A stretch of 64,000 bases of DNA from an uncultured Planctomycetaceae bacterium (lineage in GTDB: Bacteria; Planctomycetota; Planctomycetia; Pirellulales; PALSA-1355): assembly GCA_963785305.1 (NCBI GenBank), contig CAWAUV010000009.1:224001-288000 (forward strand), in the 5' to 3' direction. Below are positions 24,696 through 37,661 of this stretch, piece by piece. The notes under the pieces are model-generated. The model had not been told where the DNA came from, did not search any database, and saw only the letters and a list, made by a program, of their open reading frames with translations. The position numbers and the translations under genes were made by a program. Each line of letters begins with the position of its first letter. Positions within the stretch are counted from its first letter, which is position 1.

Positions 24696-27345
24696 TTATT
24701 CGTAGTGCAGCGCGCTCAATACATTCATGCGGTTGGCTCGCCAGGCTGGCGCGAGCGATGAGAGCACAATCAGCGCCATCATCATTCCCGCGCCACCGAC
24801 GACGACCAGCGGCCGCGCCTCGAACACGCCGGGCCGCAGTAGCAGCTTGGTCATCGCCAGATGAATCACATAGGCCGAAGTCAGGCCGGCGAGCACTCCC
24901 AAGATCGCGCCGACGCGCCCAGTAAGATTGCTTGCGAGACAATCGCCCGGCGCACTTGGGCCTGGGTCATGCCCACGATCCTGAGAAGCCCGATCTCGCG
25001 CGTTTGTTCGAGCACATTCATCCAGATCGTGACGCTCGCCCCGATCGCGCCGATCAAAAGCCCCAAGGCCAGGACCACCCAAAACGCGGTGACGACCTTG
25101 CTCATCAGCCCTTCCAAAAAGTCGCGCATGTCTTGAAACGACCATTCGGTCAATTGAAACCGGTGGCAAATGGCTTCGATCCGAGCGCACAGCGCCGGCG
25201 TGTCGTGTCCGAGACGCACGAGAAACAGGTCGACCCCGTCGATGCCCAGCGATTCGCGCGCCGCGCCGCGCTCCAAGTACAGCGAGAGCCCTCCGGCGTT
25301 GAAGTCCGTGACCACCGCCGCAATCCGCGGAGATACGATGCGTCCCTCATGCCGGACTTCCACCCGGTCGCCCACGACAAGCTTAGCCCGGGCCGCGAGC
25401 GCGCTGCCGATGACCGCATCGCCAGCCAGAAAAGCCTTGCGCACTTGCGATTCCTCGTCGGCGCCGATGTCCCAGGGCAAGGGTCGCTCGGGGGCGAGCG
25501 ATCGGGCCACGAGCACCACCGGCAAATCATGCACGCGCCACATTGGCCAGCCGCACCGTCTCCAGATCGCGAACATCGGCGAGCGCCGCGAGCTCCTTTT
25601 CCACGGGCGAATGACCATCGGCGCTAAACTCGGCGGCCCGCGCCGGATCGAGCGGTAGCAGCACCACATCGGCCGCGAGCGCCCGGCGATACCAGGCGCG
25701 CACATCGGCGAGCGAATTGAGAATCGCATGACCGAGCCCAATGCCCGCTCCCAGCGCCACGATCAACACCGCCACCGTGAGCGCGGCCCTGCGCGGGCGG
25801 CGAAACAATTGGCGGCTGGCCAGTTCGCCTTCGATCGGCCACAACCTCGCCAAACCGCCGGCCAGCACCAGACGGCAGAGCGGACGAAGCATCGGCGGCG
25901 CGAGCAAGACGAAGCTGCACATCATGGCCACGCCGCCCAGCAGCGACCACGGCGCCGCCAACACTCCAGTCACCACGCATCCCAAGACCGCCACCGAGCC
26001 GATCCAGACCGCGAGCGCGCTTGCCAAAGCACCGCGGGAAATTCGGCTTGCTGGGCCACCGGCGGCGCGTCGCGCATTGCTTCGATCGGCTCGACACGCG
26101 ACGCCTTTCTCGCGGGAACATAAGCCGCGGCGAGCGTGAGCGCGGGGCCCAAAATTCCGCCGAGTATCAGGGCCGCTGGCTCGATGGGCGCCCTCGTGGT
26201 CGCCGCGCCGCGCAATGCGCCGAGCGCTCGGCCAAGAAGCCGGCGGCGACGATGCCGAGCGCCAGGCCCAGCGCCGAGCCGGCGCAGCCGAGAACCAGAG
26301 CCTCGGCAAGCACGCTTCGCACAATCTGCCCCGGCGCGAGCCCCACGGCGCTCAACACGCCCCACTGGATCCGCCGCTCGTCGACACCGATCAAAAAAGT
26401 GTTGAGCGCGATGAACGCCGCCAGCACAAGCGAAATAATCTGCGCGAACTGGAGCGCATAGGTCACGCCGCGACGTGTCTCGGCCGCGAGCTCGCCGCGA
26501 GCCAGCGGCGGGCGAACTTCGAACGCATCGCCCCATCGCGAAGCAACCTCGCGCCCCAGAGCCGCAAGCGAAGCGTCTTTCGCGAGCACGATCCGCGCTA
26601 CATCGATCTGGCCCGGCGCTCGCGCCGCGCGCTGCAAAACATCGAGCGGCAAAAACACCGCGCCCTCGGCGCCCGCCGCGAGCGGGGCCCGCGGAGCAAC
26701 CTCGCCCGCCACGCGCACTCGCAGCGGCCCGCCCGGCAGGAGCAGCGACACCATGTCCCCGACCGACACTTCGAGCAAGCGCACGAAGTTCTGATCGATC
26801 GCCACCGGCGGCAGATCGGCGGTCGACCGCGAGTCGTCGTCGGCCGCGTCGGCCGCCGGAGCCCTATCACGAGCTTCGCTGCCACGAGTTTCGCTGTCAC
26901 TCGCTTCGCTGCCACTCACTTTGCCGTCTCGCGCATCGCTCGGGGTCGCGTTCGCATCGAGCCAATGCCCCTCGGCCAGTGTGAACTGTTCGGCAAAGGT
27001 GCGATCTTCCGGAGAAACACCGATCGCGGTGAGCGTCACTCGCTTGCCATGGGCATAGGCCACGGCGCCTTTGCGCAGTAGCGGCGAGAAGGTTTGGACT
27101 TCGGCGTCCTGGCCGAGCGATGCGATCCGCGCTTCGGGAAAACGGCTTCCGTCGCGGCTCGTGATTTCGCAATCATAGGGGCCCGCCATTGCCTCCTGCA
27201 GTTGTTGGAGCGCTTCATCGGCGCCGAGCGAGGCCAGCCGCACCGCCACGACTCCGGCCACGCCGAGCCCCACGCTCAACAGCGTCGCCAGCGCGCGCAG
27301 CGGGCGATTGCGGATCTCGCGATAAGCAAGCATCGAAAGTTTCAT
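24696..27345 (-). CDS. ABC transporter permease, FtsX/MacB-like with duplicated halves (frameshifted)
   Basis: REIRNRPLRALATLLSV, ERRIQWGVLSAVG, RQLFRRPRRAALT, EQTREIGLLRIVGMT, ALHYE C-terminus. Confidence 0.82.
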
Positions 27346-28148
27346 GCGCCGCTCCCTGCCACGGGGCATTCGGAAGACGGGCTCGGCGACGCCGCGCTCG
27401 GGAACGGCGCGGCGGCCAGCGCTGGGTCGGTCACGATTTGTCCGTCGAACAGCCGAATGCGCCGGTCGGCCCGCGCGGCGAGCTCCGGGTCGTGGGTCAC
27501 AAGCACCACGGCGCGGCCCGCGTCGCGACCGACCGCGGCCAAAAGATCGATCACGGCGCGGCCAGCGACCGAATCAAGCGCGGCCGTGGGCTCGTCGGCC
27601 AAGATCACGCTCGGCGCGGCGGCCATGGCCCGCGCGATCGCCACGCGTTGCTGTTCGCCGCCCGAAAGCATCGGGGCAAGTGCCCTGCCCGCGCGGCCAG
27701 CCCGACCGCGGCCAAAAGTTCTTTCGCCCGCTCAAGCTCGGCGCGGCTGCTCAGCGCCGTCGGCCGCGAGCGGCAATTGCACATTTTCAATGGCCGTGAG
27801 ATTCGCGAGGAGATGAATCCTTTGAAACACGAGGCCGATCCGGCGGCGGCGGAGCGTCGCGCGGGCCGCTCGATCGAGCGACGCGAGATCGGCGCCATCG
27901 AACATTACCCGGCCCGCCGTGGGATGATCGAGCCCGGCGAGCAGATGCAGCAGCGTGCTTTTGCCACAGCCCGAGGGTCCGACAATGGCGACGAACTCCC
28001 CGGCCGCGACTTGCAGCGATACCTCACGCAGCGCCGTCACGAACCGGCCATCGTGGTTGATCGCCAAACCGGGGGCAATCGCGCCGGGCGGGCCGTACAC
28101 TTTCGTGACCGCCAGCGCGGCGAGCAGAGGTGAATCGCCGCCGCTCAT
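27342..28148 (-). CDS. ABC transporter ATP-binding protein, LolD-like (frameshifted)
   Basis: GPSGCGKST Walker [26 protein letters not shown]. Confidence 0.88.
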
Positions 28149-28233
28149 GAAATCTCTGCCTTAGAAGAAAAAACAGATCGACTTTCGCCCGGGCCACGGC
28201 TGCGGACCCGCAATGCCCTGGCCCCGCCCCGCC

Positions 28234-28998
28234 TCAAACACGCACCGCGGCGCCGGCGTCGACCGTGAGCGTTTCTCCTTGAATCATATCGCTCAGCTCG
28301 CTCGAGAGAAACGCAACGGCGTCGGCCACATCGTCGGCGGTGAGCACGCGATCGCCGACCATGGATCGCGCTTTGCGACCCTCGAACATCGCCGCGGCGC
28401 CGGGGAGCCGGGCCGTGGAATCGGTCTCGACAAGGCCGGCCTTGACGATGTTGAAGTTGATATTGCGCACCACGAGTTCGAGTCCCAAGTGCCTGACCAG
28501 CGATTCGAGCGCCGCTTTGCTGGCGCCGATCGTGCCATACATCGGCAGCGCCATGTGCGAGCCGTGGCTCGATATCGCCACCACCTTCGCCCGCCGCTCG
28601 CGGTCGGCCAAGAGGTCGATCGAAGACTTCACCAAATACAAAAGGGCCCGCACATTGGTTTGCATCGCGGCGTCGAAATTGCGATCCGAAGTATCGAGCA
28701 ACGCGCGAAATCCTCCGGTGGCGGCGTTGGACACCACGATGTCGAGCCGGCCGAATTCGCGCCGCACGCAGTCGATGAGGTCCTCGACATCCTCGCGCTC
28801 GGTGACATCGGCTTTCGCCACAAGCACATTTCGCCCCAACGCGCGAATCTGCTCGGCGACCTCGAGCGCCGCAGCGCGCGAGGCGACATAGTTCACCACC
28901 ACATCGGCGCCAGCCGCCGCCAAGCGCAATGCGCAAGCGCGGCCAATGCCGCGCAAACTGCCCGTGACCAAGGCCACGTTTCCGGTGAGGTCGATCAT
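28234..28998 (-). CDS. SDR oxidoreductase, FabL-like enoyl-ACP reductase
   Basis: ALVTGSLRGIG, VSNAATGGFR, YGTIGASKAALE (YxxxxxxK spacing of FabL/FabI type). Confidence 0.78.
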   Translation of the reverse strand: MIDLTGNVALVTGSLRGIGRACALRLAAAGADVVVNYVASRAAALEVAEQIRALGRNVLVAKADVTEREDVEDLIDCVRREFGRLDIVVSNAATGGFRALLDTSDRNFDAAMQTNVRALLYLVKSSIDLLADRERRAKVVAISSHGSHMALPMYGTIGASKAALESLVRHLGLELVVRNINFNIVKAGLVETDSTARLPGAAAMFEGRKARSMVGDRVLTADDVADAVAFLSSELSDMIQGETLTVDAGAAVRV

Positions 28999-29084
28999 CG
29001 CTCTAAGGTTCCGTCAGGGGGATCGTGAAAAATAAAACGGCGGACATCAAGCGGCGGCTCCGGCGGCCGCCAGCGTGTCAAGGA

Positions 29085-32000
29085 CTACGTCGGGCCACCT
29101 TCGATACGCATCATGGCAAAGTCGGTCGCCGAGAGAATCAGCCGAGAATCCTCGCCGATCAACTGAAAATCGTAATGCGTCAGATCGCGCTCGACGCCGC
29201 GCACCGAGAACTGCATTTGACACGTCTCCGACTCGCCGGCGCCGCGAACAGCCGCAATCGCCCAATGCGACGCGGAATCTCGACCCGTTGCTCGAGCATG
29301 AAATACGAATATGTGCCGCAAGCCACCATGCAACCATCGATGAGCGCCGAGGGCGTAAGCCAGCGCTCGCCGCGCCGCTTGCCGGCCAGTTCAAACCGCG
29401 GCGGGGCAGTTAGCCGCGCCAAGCCGCCCCCATGTTGGAACATCAGTTCGCCAAATGTGCGGAGCGACTTGCCATGATGCAGCACTGCCCAATCGTCGGG
29501 ATAGTAAAACTTGGTCCAGCCGAAGGGCGCCGACTTGATCTCAACCCGTGTGTCGGCCACTGGCGCGGTCGAAAATGCCACGCGGCCGGTGACGAGCCGC
29601 GATTGCGAGCCCGCGTCGTCGAGCGACAGCTCGCCTTCAACATTGCCGTCGTCAAGGGCCCGCGCTCCACAGCGGAACTGAACCGAACGATCCGAAAGGA
29701 ACGTATGCCCGTTGAGCAGATCGATATCGTCGAAGCCAACAAGCGCGTCGTCGGGCCGCAGGAGCACGGCGGCCTCGGCCAGCATCTCGATCGAGACCAC
29801 GGCCGGCAGCAGCGGACGGCGATGCAGCTTGTGTTCCAGGAGAAACACATCGGTCGCCGGATGGAGCGTCGTGCGCGCGACGATTCCCACCCCGCCCGCT
29901 TGCAACTCGGCGCTGTCGAGCAGCGGAAAATCGGTCGTGGGCAACTCGCGCGAAGCGGTCTCCGGCGCGCGCAGCCTCGTCGCTCTCGTCGGCGGAGCGC
30001 GGCGAACCGTCGCTCTCGGCGGCGGCAGCGTCGGAGGATGCGCCCGCGCTTGCCACGCGTTCCACCAGGCAAACACGCTTTCGGGCAGCACTTCGGCGCC
30101 CGCGGCCAGTTCGCGCAGTTGCGCAAGCGAATCGATCGCGGCCAGCGGAGCAAGTTCCTTGGGAATCGCGGCGAGCCAAGAGTCGGAATCGTGGCCGTGC
30201 GCGTCGCTCCAGGCCTCGATCGCCTGACGGAGCGCCTTCCGCACTCGGCGCCCGAGCGCGAAGCTCGCGGAACCGGTGGAGCGAGGTTCGACATGCGTCG
30301 GTGGAGCGTCTTCGCCGGGGGCCAGGTTCGACCTGTCGGTCTGGGCAGGAGTTCGCGCGAGCGAGGCGGGCTTCCGATCCACCTCCGACATTGTGGGATG
30401 CGAGGCATAGAGCCCCGGATGGTCGAGCACGAGCACTTCGGCATGTTGTCCGACATGCAGCAGCTCGTCGATCAAGTGATCCACGCCTTCGGCCGATGGC
30501 ATGAAGACGAGGCCCATTTTCTGAAGCGCGAATTTGCTCTCGGGCCGAGCAGCCATGCCCACATCGCCCCAGGCGCTCCAGTCGAGGCAAACCGCGCCGC
30601 ACTGGGGATGCAGCCCGCGATAGCGAGCCACCGCACCGGCTAGCAAGGCATTGGCCAGCGAATAGTCGGCTTGTCCGAGTCCCCCGAATCGGCCGCTGGT
30701 CGAGGTGAAGCCAATGAAGTGACGCGGAGGCTCGTCGCCCAAAGCTTCCATCAACGCCAAGGCGCCCTCGACCTTGGCGCCGATCGAGCGGCGAAGCGAG
30801 ATCTCGGTCTTCTTGGGGAATTTGCAGGCCTGCTCGACCCCGGCGCCGTGAACGACGCCATCGATCGGGCCATGCTCGTCGCGAATTTGCGCGACCATCG
30901 CGGCGATCGCCTGCCGGTCCGCGACATCGCAAGCGTGATACGTCGCGCGAATGCCGAGCGCCTCGCACCGAGCCAGCGATTGGGCGATCTCCCATTCGCG
31001 CTCGCAGCGGGCCCAAGCCTCGGCCGGGCGCTCGCCGCTCGCCCGCGCCTTGCGCAACACTCCCGGCTTGAGCTTCTGCAAGTCCTCGGCCGCGAGTCCC
31101 GGGCGACAATGCTCGCCCCGGGGCGCCGGACTGCTGCCAACCGAGATGCAAGTCGATTCCAAACCGCTGGCCAAGCTCGCGGGCCACGAGCGCCGTCACA
31201 CCGCGAGCGCCGCCAGTGACGATCCATTGACCGCCCCGCTCGATGCGACCGACAGGCAATGTCGACGCGGGCTGCCGGATCGCCCGCGGTTCGTGGCGAA
31301 GGCCCGTCGCGTCGTAGGCGCATTCGACCCACGGCGTTTCGCGGCCAAGTTCGGCAAGAAAATCGGCCGCCCGTCGCTTGGGCGAATAATCATCGGCGAA
31401 GTCGACGGCGCGAATCTTCACCGCGCCGCCACTTTCGACTCCAATCGCTTTGAGCAGCCCCAAGAGTCCGGCGCCTTCGACCGCGCCGCTCTCGCCCGCA
31501 AGTCCCAAGCCGCCGAGCGAAAGCATCGCCGAGAGCGTGGGCGATGAAAGCGAGGGCGCCTTAGCGGCCCCGCGAAGAACCGATTTTGGCTTGGCCGCCC
31601 GAGATTGGGTCGCCCGAGAATCGGTCGCGATCAACTCGAACCAACGCTGGCATGCGAAAAACGGGGCAACGAGCCCGCGGTCGCGGCGCGATTCCCAGGC
31701 GTCGGCCTCGGGCAGCGCGGACCACGGCTCGCGCGGACTGGCGAGCGCCAAATGCATAAACGGCGCGTCGCCCCAAGCCTGATCGATCGCCGCCCGAGCC
31801 GATTCCGCCGAATCGCCAAGCTCGATCGACACAGCGTCGACGCCGAGCGCCGCGAGTTCCTGGGCCAACGCATCGGCAAACGGCGACTTCGCCCGCTACG
31901 ACCAACCGCTCGCCGAGCAACGCGCGGGCGGACAGCTCGCCCGGGGCTGAACTTGCGGGACTGGGCACGAGTTCGATAACAAATCGCTCCATCACACGGT

Positions 32001-35000
32001 CCGACTCGGCGGAAGTCGCTTCGACCGCGGCGACCGGCGATTCAGCGGGCGCGGCGGGAGCAAATTCGCGCGACGGCTCGGCGGGTTCATCTTGCGAAAT
32101 GGTTTGTCGAACCCCGAACGACTCCGCGGGCGCGGCGCTCATCGACTCGCAAAGAAATTCCACCACATGCCGCAGCGTGGGAAAATCATCGAGAGTGACA
32201 TTGCCCGAGGGCGGAGCGATTTTGAAGCGTTCGCCGATTTCGCCGAACATTTGGGCCTTGCGAATGCTGTCGATTCCCAAGTCGGCTTCAAGATCGGCAT
32301 CGAGTTCCACGAGATCGCTCGGGTAGCCGGTTTGCTCGACCACGAAGTCGACGAGAAACTTTTCCAGTTCCTCGGCCAGGTCAGCCGTTTCGGCCACCGC
32401 GAGGGCGCTGGTCTCGCGTTGCGACGCCCCCGAGCCCACTTCGGCGCGGCCGCGGCTGGGGGGATCGGAGTCGGCATCATCGTCACTCGCTTCCGCTTCC
32501 GGCATTCGTGCGGTTTCATCGCTCGCATTCGCGGGGCGGAGAATAAAATCCATCACGCTCCGTAGCGTGGGAAAGTCGTCGAGCGTGACATTGCCCGAGG
32601 GCGGAGCGATTTTGAATTGCTCGCCGATTTCACCAAAGAGCTGCGCTTTGCGAATGCTATCGATGCCCAAGTCGGCTTCGAGATCGGCGTCGAGATCGAC
32701 ATCTTCCTGCGGATAGCCCGTCTGCTCAACCACGAAGTCGATCAAAAATGCTTCTAGGTCTCCCAGGATTTCGCCGGTCGGGGCCTCGGCGCGGGAATCA
32801 TCGGCGGCGACCGCGGTTCGGCCCGACAGAGACTCGGAATCAAGCTCGTCGTCTTCGAGGTGGGCATCGAAGTCGGCCTCGACTACGGCCTTGACGCCGC
32901 CGATCGCCGACGAGCCGTTCGCCACGTTTCCAGCGACAAAATCGAGAATCTGCCGCAGCGTCGCGAAGTCCTCCAAGCGCACATCGCCTTGCGGCGGAGC
33001 CACATGGAACTTGTCGCCGATCTCGCCGAAAAGTTGCATGGTCTTGATGCTGTCGAGCCCCAGGTCAGCTTCAAGATTCGCGTCGAGTTCAATGTCCTCG
33101 GCCGAATAACCGGTCTGTTCGATGACAAAATTCACCAAGAACGCTTGCAGCTTTTGCACATCCACCGGCGATGGCAATTCGGCCACGACGCCTCGCGAGG
33201 CATCGATCGGCGCCATGCTCCGCCGAGAGCCGTTGGCCGGCGCCGCGGGACCAAGCGCCACTCCGCGAGCCGAACCGGCGCCAGGGGGCAACGACGCCGA
33301 ATGTTTCGCCGATTTGCCTTGTTGCCCGACGCGGTCCGACGCCAATCCATTGCCGGAGGTTGCTCCGTTGCCGGGGGCGGATCCGTTGCCGGAAGCCGAG
33401 CCGTTGCGAAGCGCCGGGCCGCTCGCGCGGCTCGAACCATTGCGATCGTCGGGCGCGTGGTTTGAGCCGCGGTCAGGGCTTGCCGGCGTCGGTTCGGCAT
33501 GACCGCGCGGGCGTCGCTCGCCGGCGCCAGCGTCGCGACTGCCTTCGAGTCGCCGCCGGGCGCGACGCCGCTCGGTAGCATCGAATTCGATGAGTCGGCC
33601 AACCACGCCGCCGCTCTCTTTGCCGGAACGGGCCGCGGACGGCGCCATCGTCGTGGGAGATGTGGTGGCCGCGACCAAGGGCCGCGACATCGCCGCCGCC
33701 GCCACGCAGACATCGAGCAGTTGCTCGGCGCCGGGACGACGGGCGTTGTCGGTGGCGATCGCCCGATGATCGTGTTCGACCGCGAGCAACTGTCGATGCA
33801 ATTTCGTGAGCACTTGCTGCGGTCCAACTTCGATGACTAGCGCCGGCCGCTCGCCGACCAATTCACGAAGCATCGCGTCGTACCGCACGGGTCGCGTGAA
33901 CTGTTCGACCAGACTGCGGCGCATGTCGGCCACGGTCGCGATCGGTTTCGCGCTCGCGGTGCCAATCCAGCGAAGCTTTGGAGACTCGATGGCGATGGTC
34001 GGAAGCCCGGCCTCGAATATCGTTTGGGCGCCGGCCATGAGTGGCGAATGGAAAGGCCGCGTCACCGGCAAAACCAGCGCGCCGAGGCCCCGGCGCTTGG
34101 CCGCCGCTTCCGCCGCGGCGATCGCTTGGAGTTCGCCCGAGAGCACGGTTTGGCGCGGTCCGTTCAAATTGGCCAGATGAATTTTCCCGCCGCTCTCGTC
34201 GACGAGCGATTGTGCGTCGGCGACCGAGGCCAGCACCGCCAACATTCCGCCCGGCCGCGTCCCACGCTCGAGCGCGTCGGCTCGAAGTCGGGCACACTCG
34301 AGCGCCGCCTCGAGGGTCCAGGCGCCCGCGGCGAGACCGGCGGCATACTCGCCGAAACTATGGCCCGCGACCGCGTCGGGCCGCACACCCAGCGCGGCGA
34401 GCGATTCGAGCAACACATATTCCGAAACCAAGATCGCCATCTGGCCGTGCCAAAGCTGGGGCGAAAACGGTTTGCCGGTGTTCCAAGCGACACTGGCAAA
34501 AGAATCCGAGCCCATGGCCGCGAGCGCATGTTCGGCCCGCTCAAGCGCGGCGGCGGCGGGCGGAAACTGCCGGGAGAGTAACTCGAGCATTCCCGAATAC
34601 TGCGAGCCGTGGCCCGGAAATACAAACACGATTTGCGATTCGGAGGGGTCGCCCGACGAGCTCGCCGCCGCGCGCGGCCGGGGGGCCGAAGTCCCCGCCG
34701 TGGCCTTCTTGGCCGAGCTTGCTTCGGACGCCGCCTCGCGGCCCGAGGCCACGAGCACATGGTAGGTTTGACCGCTAGCGCAACCCGCCGACACGCCGAT
34801 GAGCCCGTCGGCCGAACGCAAGGGCTTGGTTTCCCGAGTGACTTCGACCAATGCCTTCCGCTCGCGCACCGCGCCGGAAACATCGCTGGGCGCGACGCCC
34901 GCGGGCGCCGTTTCATTTTCCCAGGTCATCACGCTTTTCAACAGGCTCCCCATGCCATTCGCCGCGCCCGCATGTCCGAACTGACCGACGATCGAGCCCA

Positions 35001-37601
35001 AGCGCATCGGCTCGGCGCGCTCCGGCGTGTCGTATACGGCGGCAATGGCCTCGAGTTCGCTCGGCTCCTCGGTGGGAAATCCCCCGGTCGTTTCGATCGC
35101 GCACATGCGCGCCGGATCGATCGCGGCGGCTTCGAGCGCCCGGCGCATCGCGGGCTCGTCGGCCTGGCGCGGTGCGCGAAGATTCGACGCGACCGCCGCC
35201 GAGCGCAACACGCCGCGAATCGGATCGCCATCGCGCTGGGCGTCGCTCAATCGCTTGAGCAGCACCACGCCGACGCCTTCGGCCGGCGCCACGCCATCGA
35301 CTCGGGCGTCGAAGGCCGGGGCTGGTTCACCGGCGCGAGGAGCCCGCCGCGGGCGAGGCCCTCGTACATTACGGCGTCCATGCTTCGCTGAGCGCCGGCG
35401 CAGATCATCATGTCGCAAGAACCCGAGCGCAGCATGTCCATGCCGGCGCTCACGGCGGCGAGCCCCGAGCCGGCGCCGGCGTCGAGCGCGAGCGCGCCGC
35501 CCTGGAGGTCGAATGTCTTGGTGATTCGCGAGGCCAGCGTGCTGCTGGTGAAGCTGCCGGTTTCGTCCATCAGGGCCGGCATTCGCTTGAGCAATATTTG
35601 CCGATATTGCTCGAGCGCCGCCTTGAGTTCGGTTTTCGTGACGCCGCGCTCGATGAGCAGCGGCGTAATGATCTGCTCGAACTCGGGCAGCCGTAGGCCC
35701 ATCTGCAATTGGTTGGCGAAGTCGCCGCCAAAGACGGTTCCCACGATCACGCCGACCTTCGAGCGATCAAAAGGCCGCGTTTTGTAGCCGGCTTGTTCGA
35801 AAGCCTGGGCCGCCGCGTCGAGCAGCATGAATTGAAGCGGATTCGCGTTGGCCACCTGCTTGGGCGGCACCTTGTTCTTGCGCCAATCGTAGACCCAGTC
35901 GGTCAAGAACCCGCCGCGCGCGGTGGGAGTGCGCCAGGGCGGCAGCGGCTCGCCGGGCTGGGGCTCGGCGCGGTAAATGTCCTTGTTCCAGCGGGTCGGC
36001 GTGGCGTCGGTCTTGGGATCGTCGCCCGAGACGAGCAGTTCCCAGAAACGCTCGATCGTGTGCGCGCCGGATAAATCGCGCCCATGCCGATCACGGCGAT
36101 CGGTTCATTGGGATCGCGGGCTCCGGCCGTGGGCGCCGCGCTTTGATAGAAGCTGGCCGGCTTCGCGGGAACATACTGATCGATCACCACATGCACATTG
36201 AGTCCGCCGATGCCGAAGGCGTTCACGGCCGCGCGGCGCGGATGGCCGTCTTTATGTTCCGGCCAGGGCTCGGGCGACGTGGGAATGCGGAAGGGCATGT
36301 TCTTCCAGTCGACGCGCGGATTGAGCTTGCGGATATTGGCGGCCGGCGGGATCGTGGCGGCCTGCATGGCGAGCATGACTTTGGCGAGCCCAGCCACGCC
36401 GGCGGTTTCGAGCGTGTGGCCGATATTGCCTTTCGACGCTCCGAGCGGAATTTGCTGGCCCGGCGCCAAGCGGCCTTCGAGCGCTTCATAGAGCGCGGTG
36501 AGCTCCGTGGCGTCGCCCACTTGGGTCGACGTGGCATGGGCTTCGATATATTGAAGACGCTTCAGATCGAGCTGCTCGCCATAGGCCCGATGAATGGCGA
36601 TGACCTGGCCTTCTTTTCTCGGGGCCCAGAGGCTTTTGCCCTTGCCGTCGGTCGAGATGCCCATGCCGCGAATCACGCCCAACACGGGATCGCCGTCGTG
36701 GAGCGCTCGGGGCAGGGTTTTGAGCACCACCGCCACATAACCCTCGGAGGCGACCAGGCCATCGGCGTCGGCGTCGAAGGGACGCGAATCGCGGGCGCTC
36801 ACCGAATGGGCTTGCGAAAACAGCACCAAACTATCGGACTTGCAGTACGACGCGCCCCCGATGATGGCCATGTCTTGCCGGCCTTGCTGGAGCGCATTGA
36901 CCGCAAGCATCATCGCCTTGAGCGACGACGCGCATGCGGCGTCGATCGCCATGTACGGGCCGGTGAGCCCGAACGCCTGATTGATGATGCCGGCCGACAT
37001 GTGGGCCGCGAGATTCGGCCCGACCGGCCGTCGGCGATGCGCATAGCGCTGGCGAATTTGGTCAACCACTTGGGCGGCGACCTCGCCGATCTGCTTTGTG
37101 CCCAACCGGCGCTTGATGGCCGGCTTTTGGAACTCCGGCAGATCGTGCAGATAAGCGGCCGTTTCCTCGATCAGGCATGTAAACACAAGGTCGCCAGCCC
37201 AGTTCGAGCCACCGGCGCCACCGATATACACGCCCACGTTGCGGCTGGGCAAATCAAACGGGTTCATCTTGGCATGTCGGAGCGCTTCGGCCGCCACGTC
37301 GCAGATCGTCAGGTGCGCGATATCAATCGTGTCGGCGACTTCTTTCGAGAGCCCGAGCGCTTTGGCGGAAACGGGGCGCTCCGGTATCAAACCGCCGAGG
37401 AGCGAATAGGACTTACCCTGCACGCCGCGAGCCGGATCGAAATAAAGCTCGCGATCAAGCCGACTCTCGGGCAACTCGCCGATGGCGCTGGTGTCCCGAA
37501 CGAATCAGTTTCCAATAGGCTTCGAGCCCCGCGGCGCCAGGGAGCCGGCAAGCCATGCCGACGATTGCAATCGGAACGGGACCAGAGGAATTCGACTTCA
37601 T
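29085..37601 (-). CDS. Iterative type I PKS/FAS: KS - KS*(CLF-like) - AT - 3xACP - KR - DH (several frameshifts)
   Basis: Start MKSNSSGPVPIAIVGMACRLPG; KS1 DAACASS/EAHATST/NIGHT; KS2 DAGAGSG/ETTGG (catalytic Cys and first His lost); AT GHSFG and RPFHS; ACPs LGLDSIK, LGIDSIR, LGIDSIR; KR WIVTGGARGVT...YSLAN; DH LLEHKLHRRPLLP...LIDGCM. Confidence 0.87.
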
Positions 37602-37661
37602 GCCAATACAATGCCTTGAAAAAATTATCGGTCTCTTGTCTTCGACGACGTTGATCTACGT

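Noticed and set aside
33340..33412. ccgttgccgg repeats in the PKS
   Set aside because: They encode a low-complexity GNG-rich linker between AT and ACP; no sign of a separate DNA-level function.
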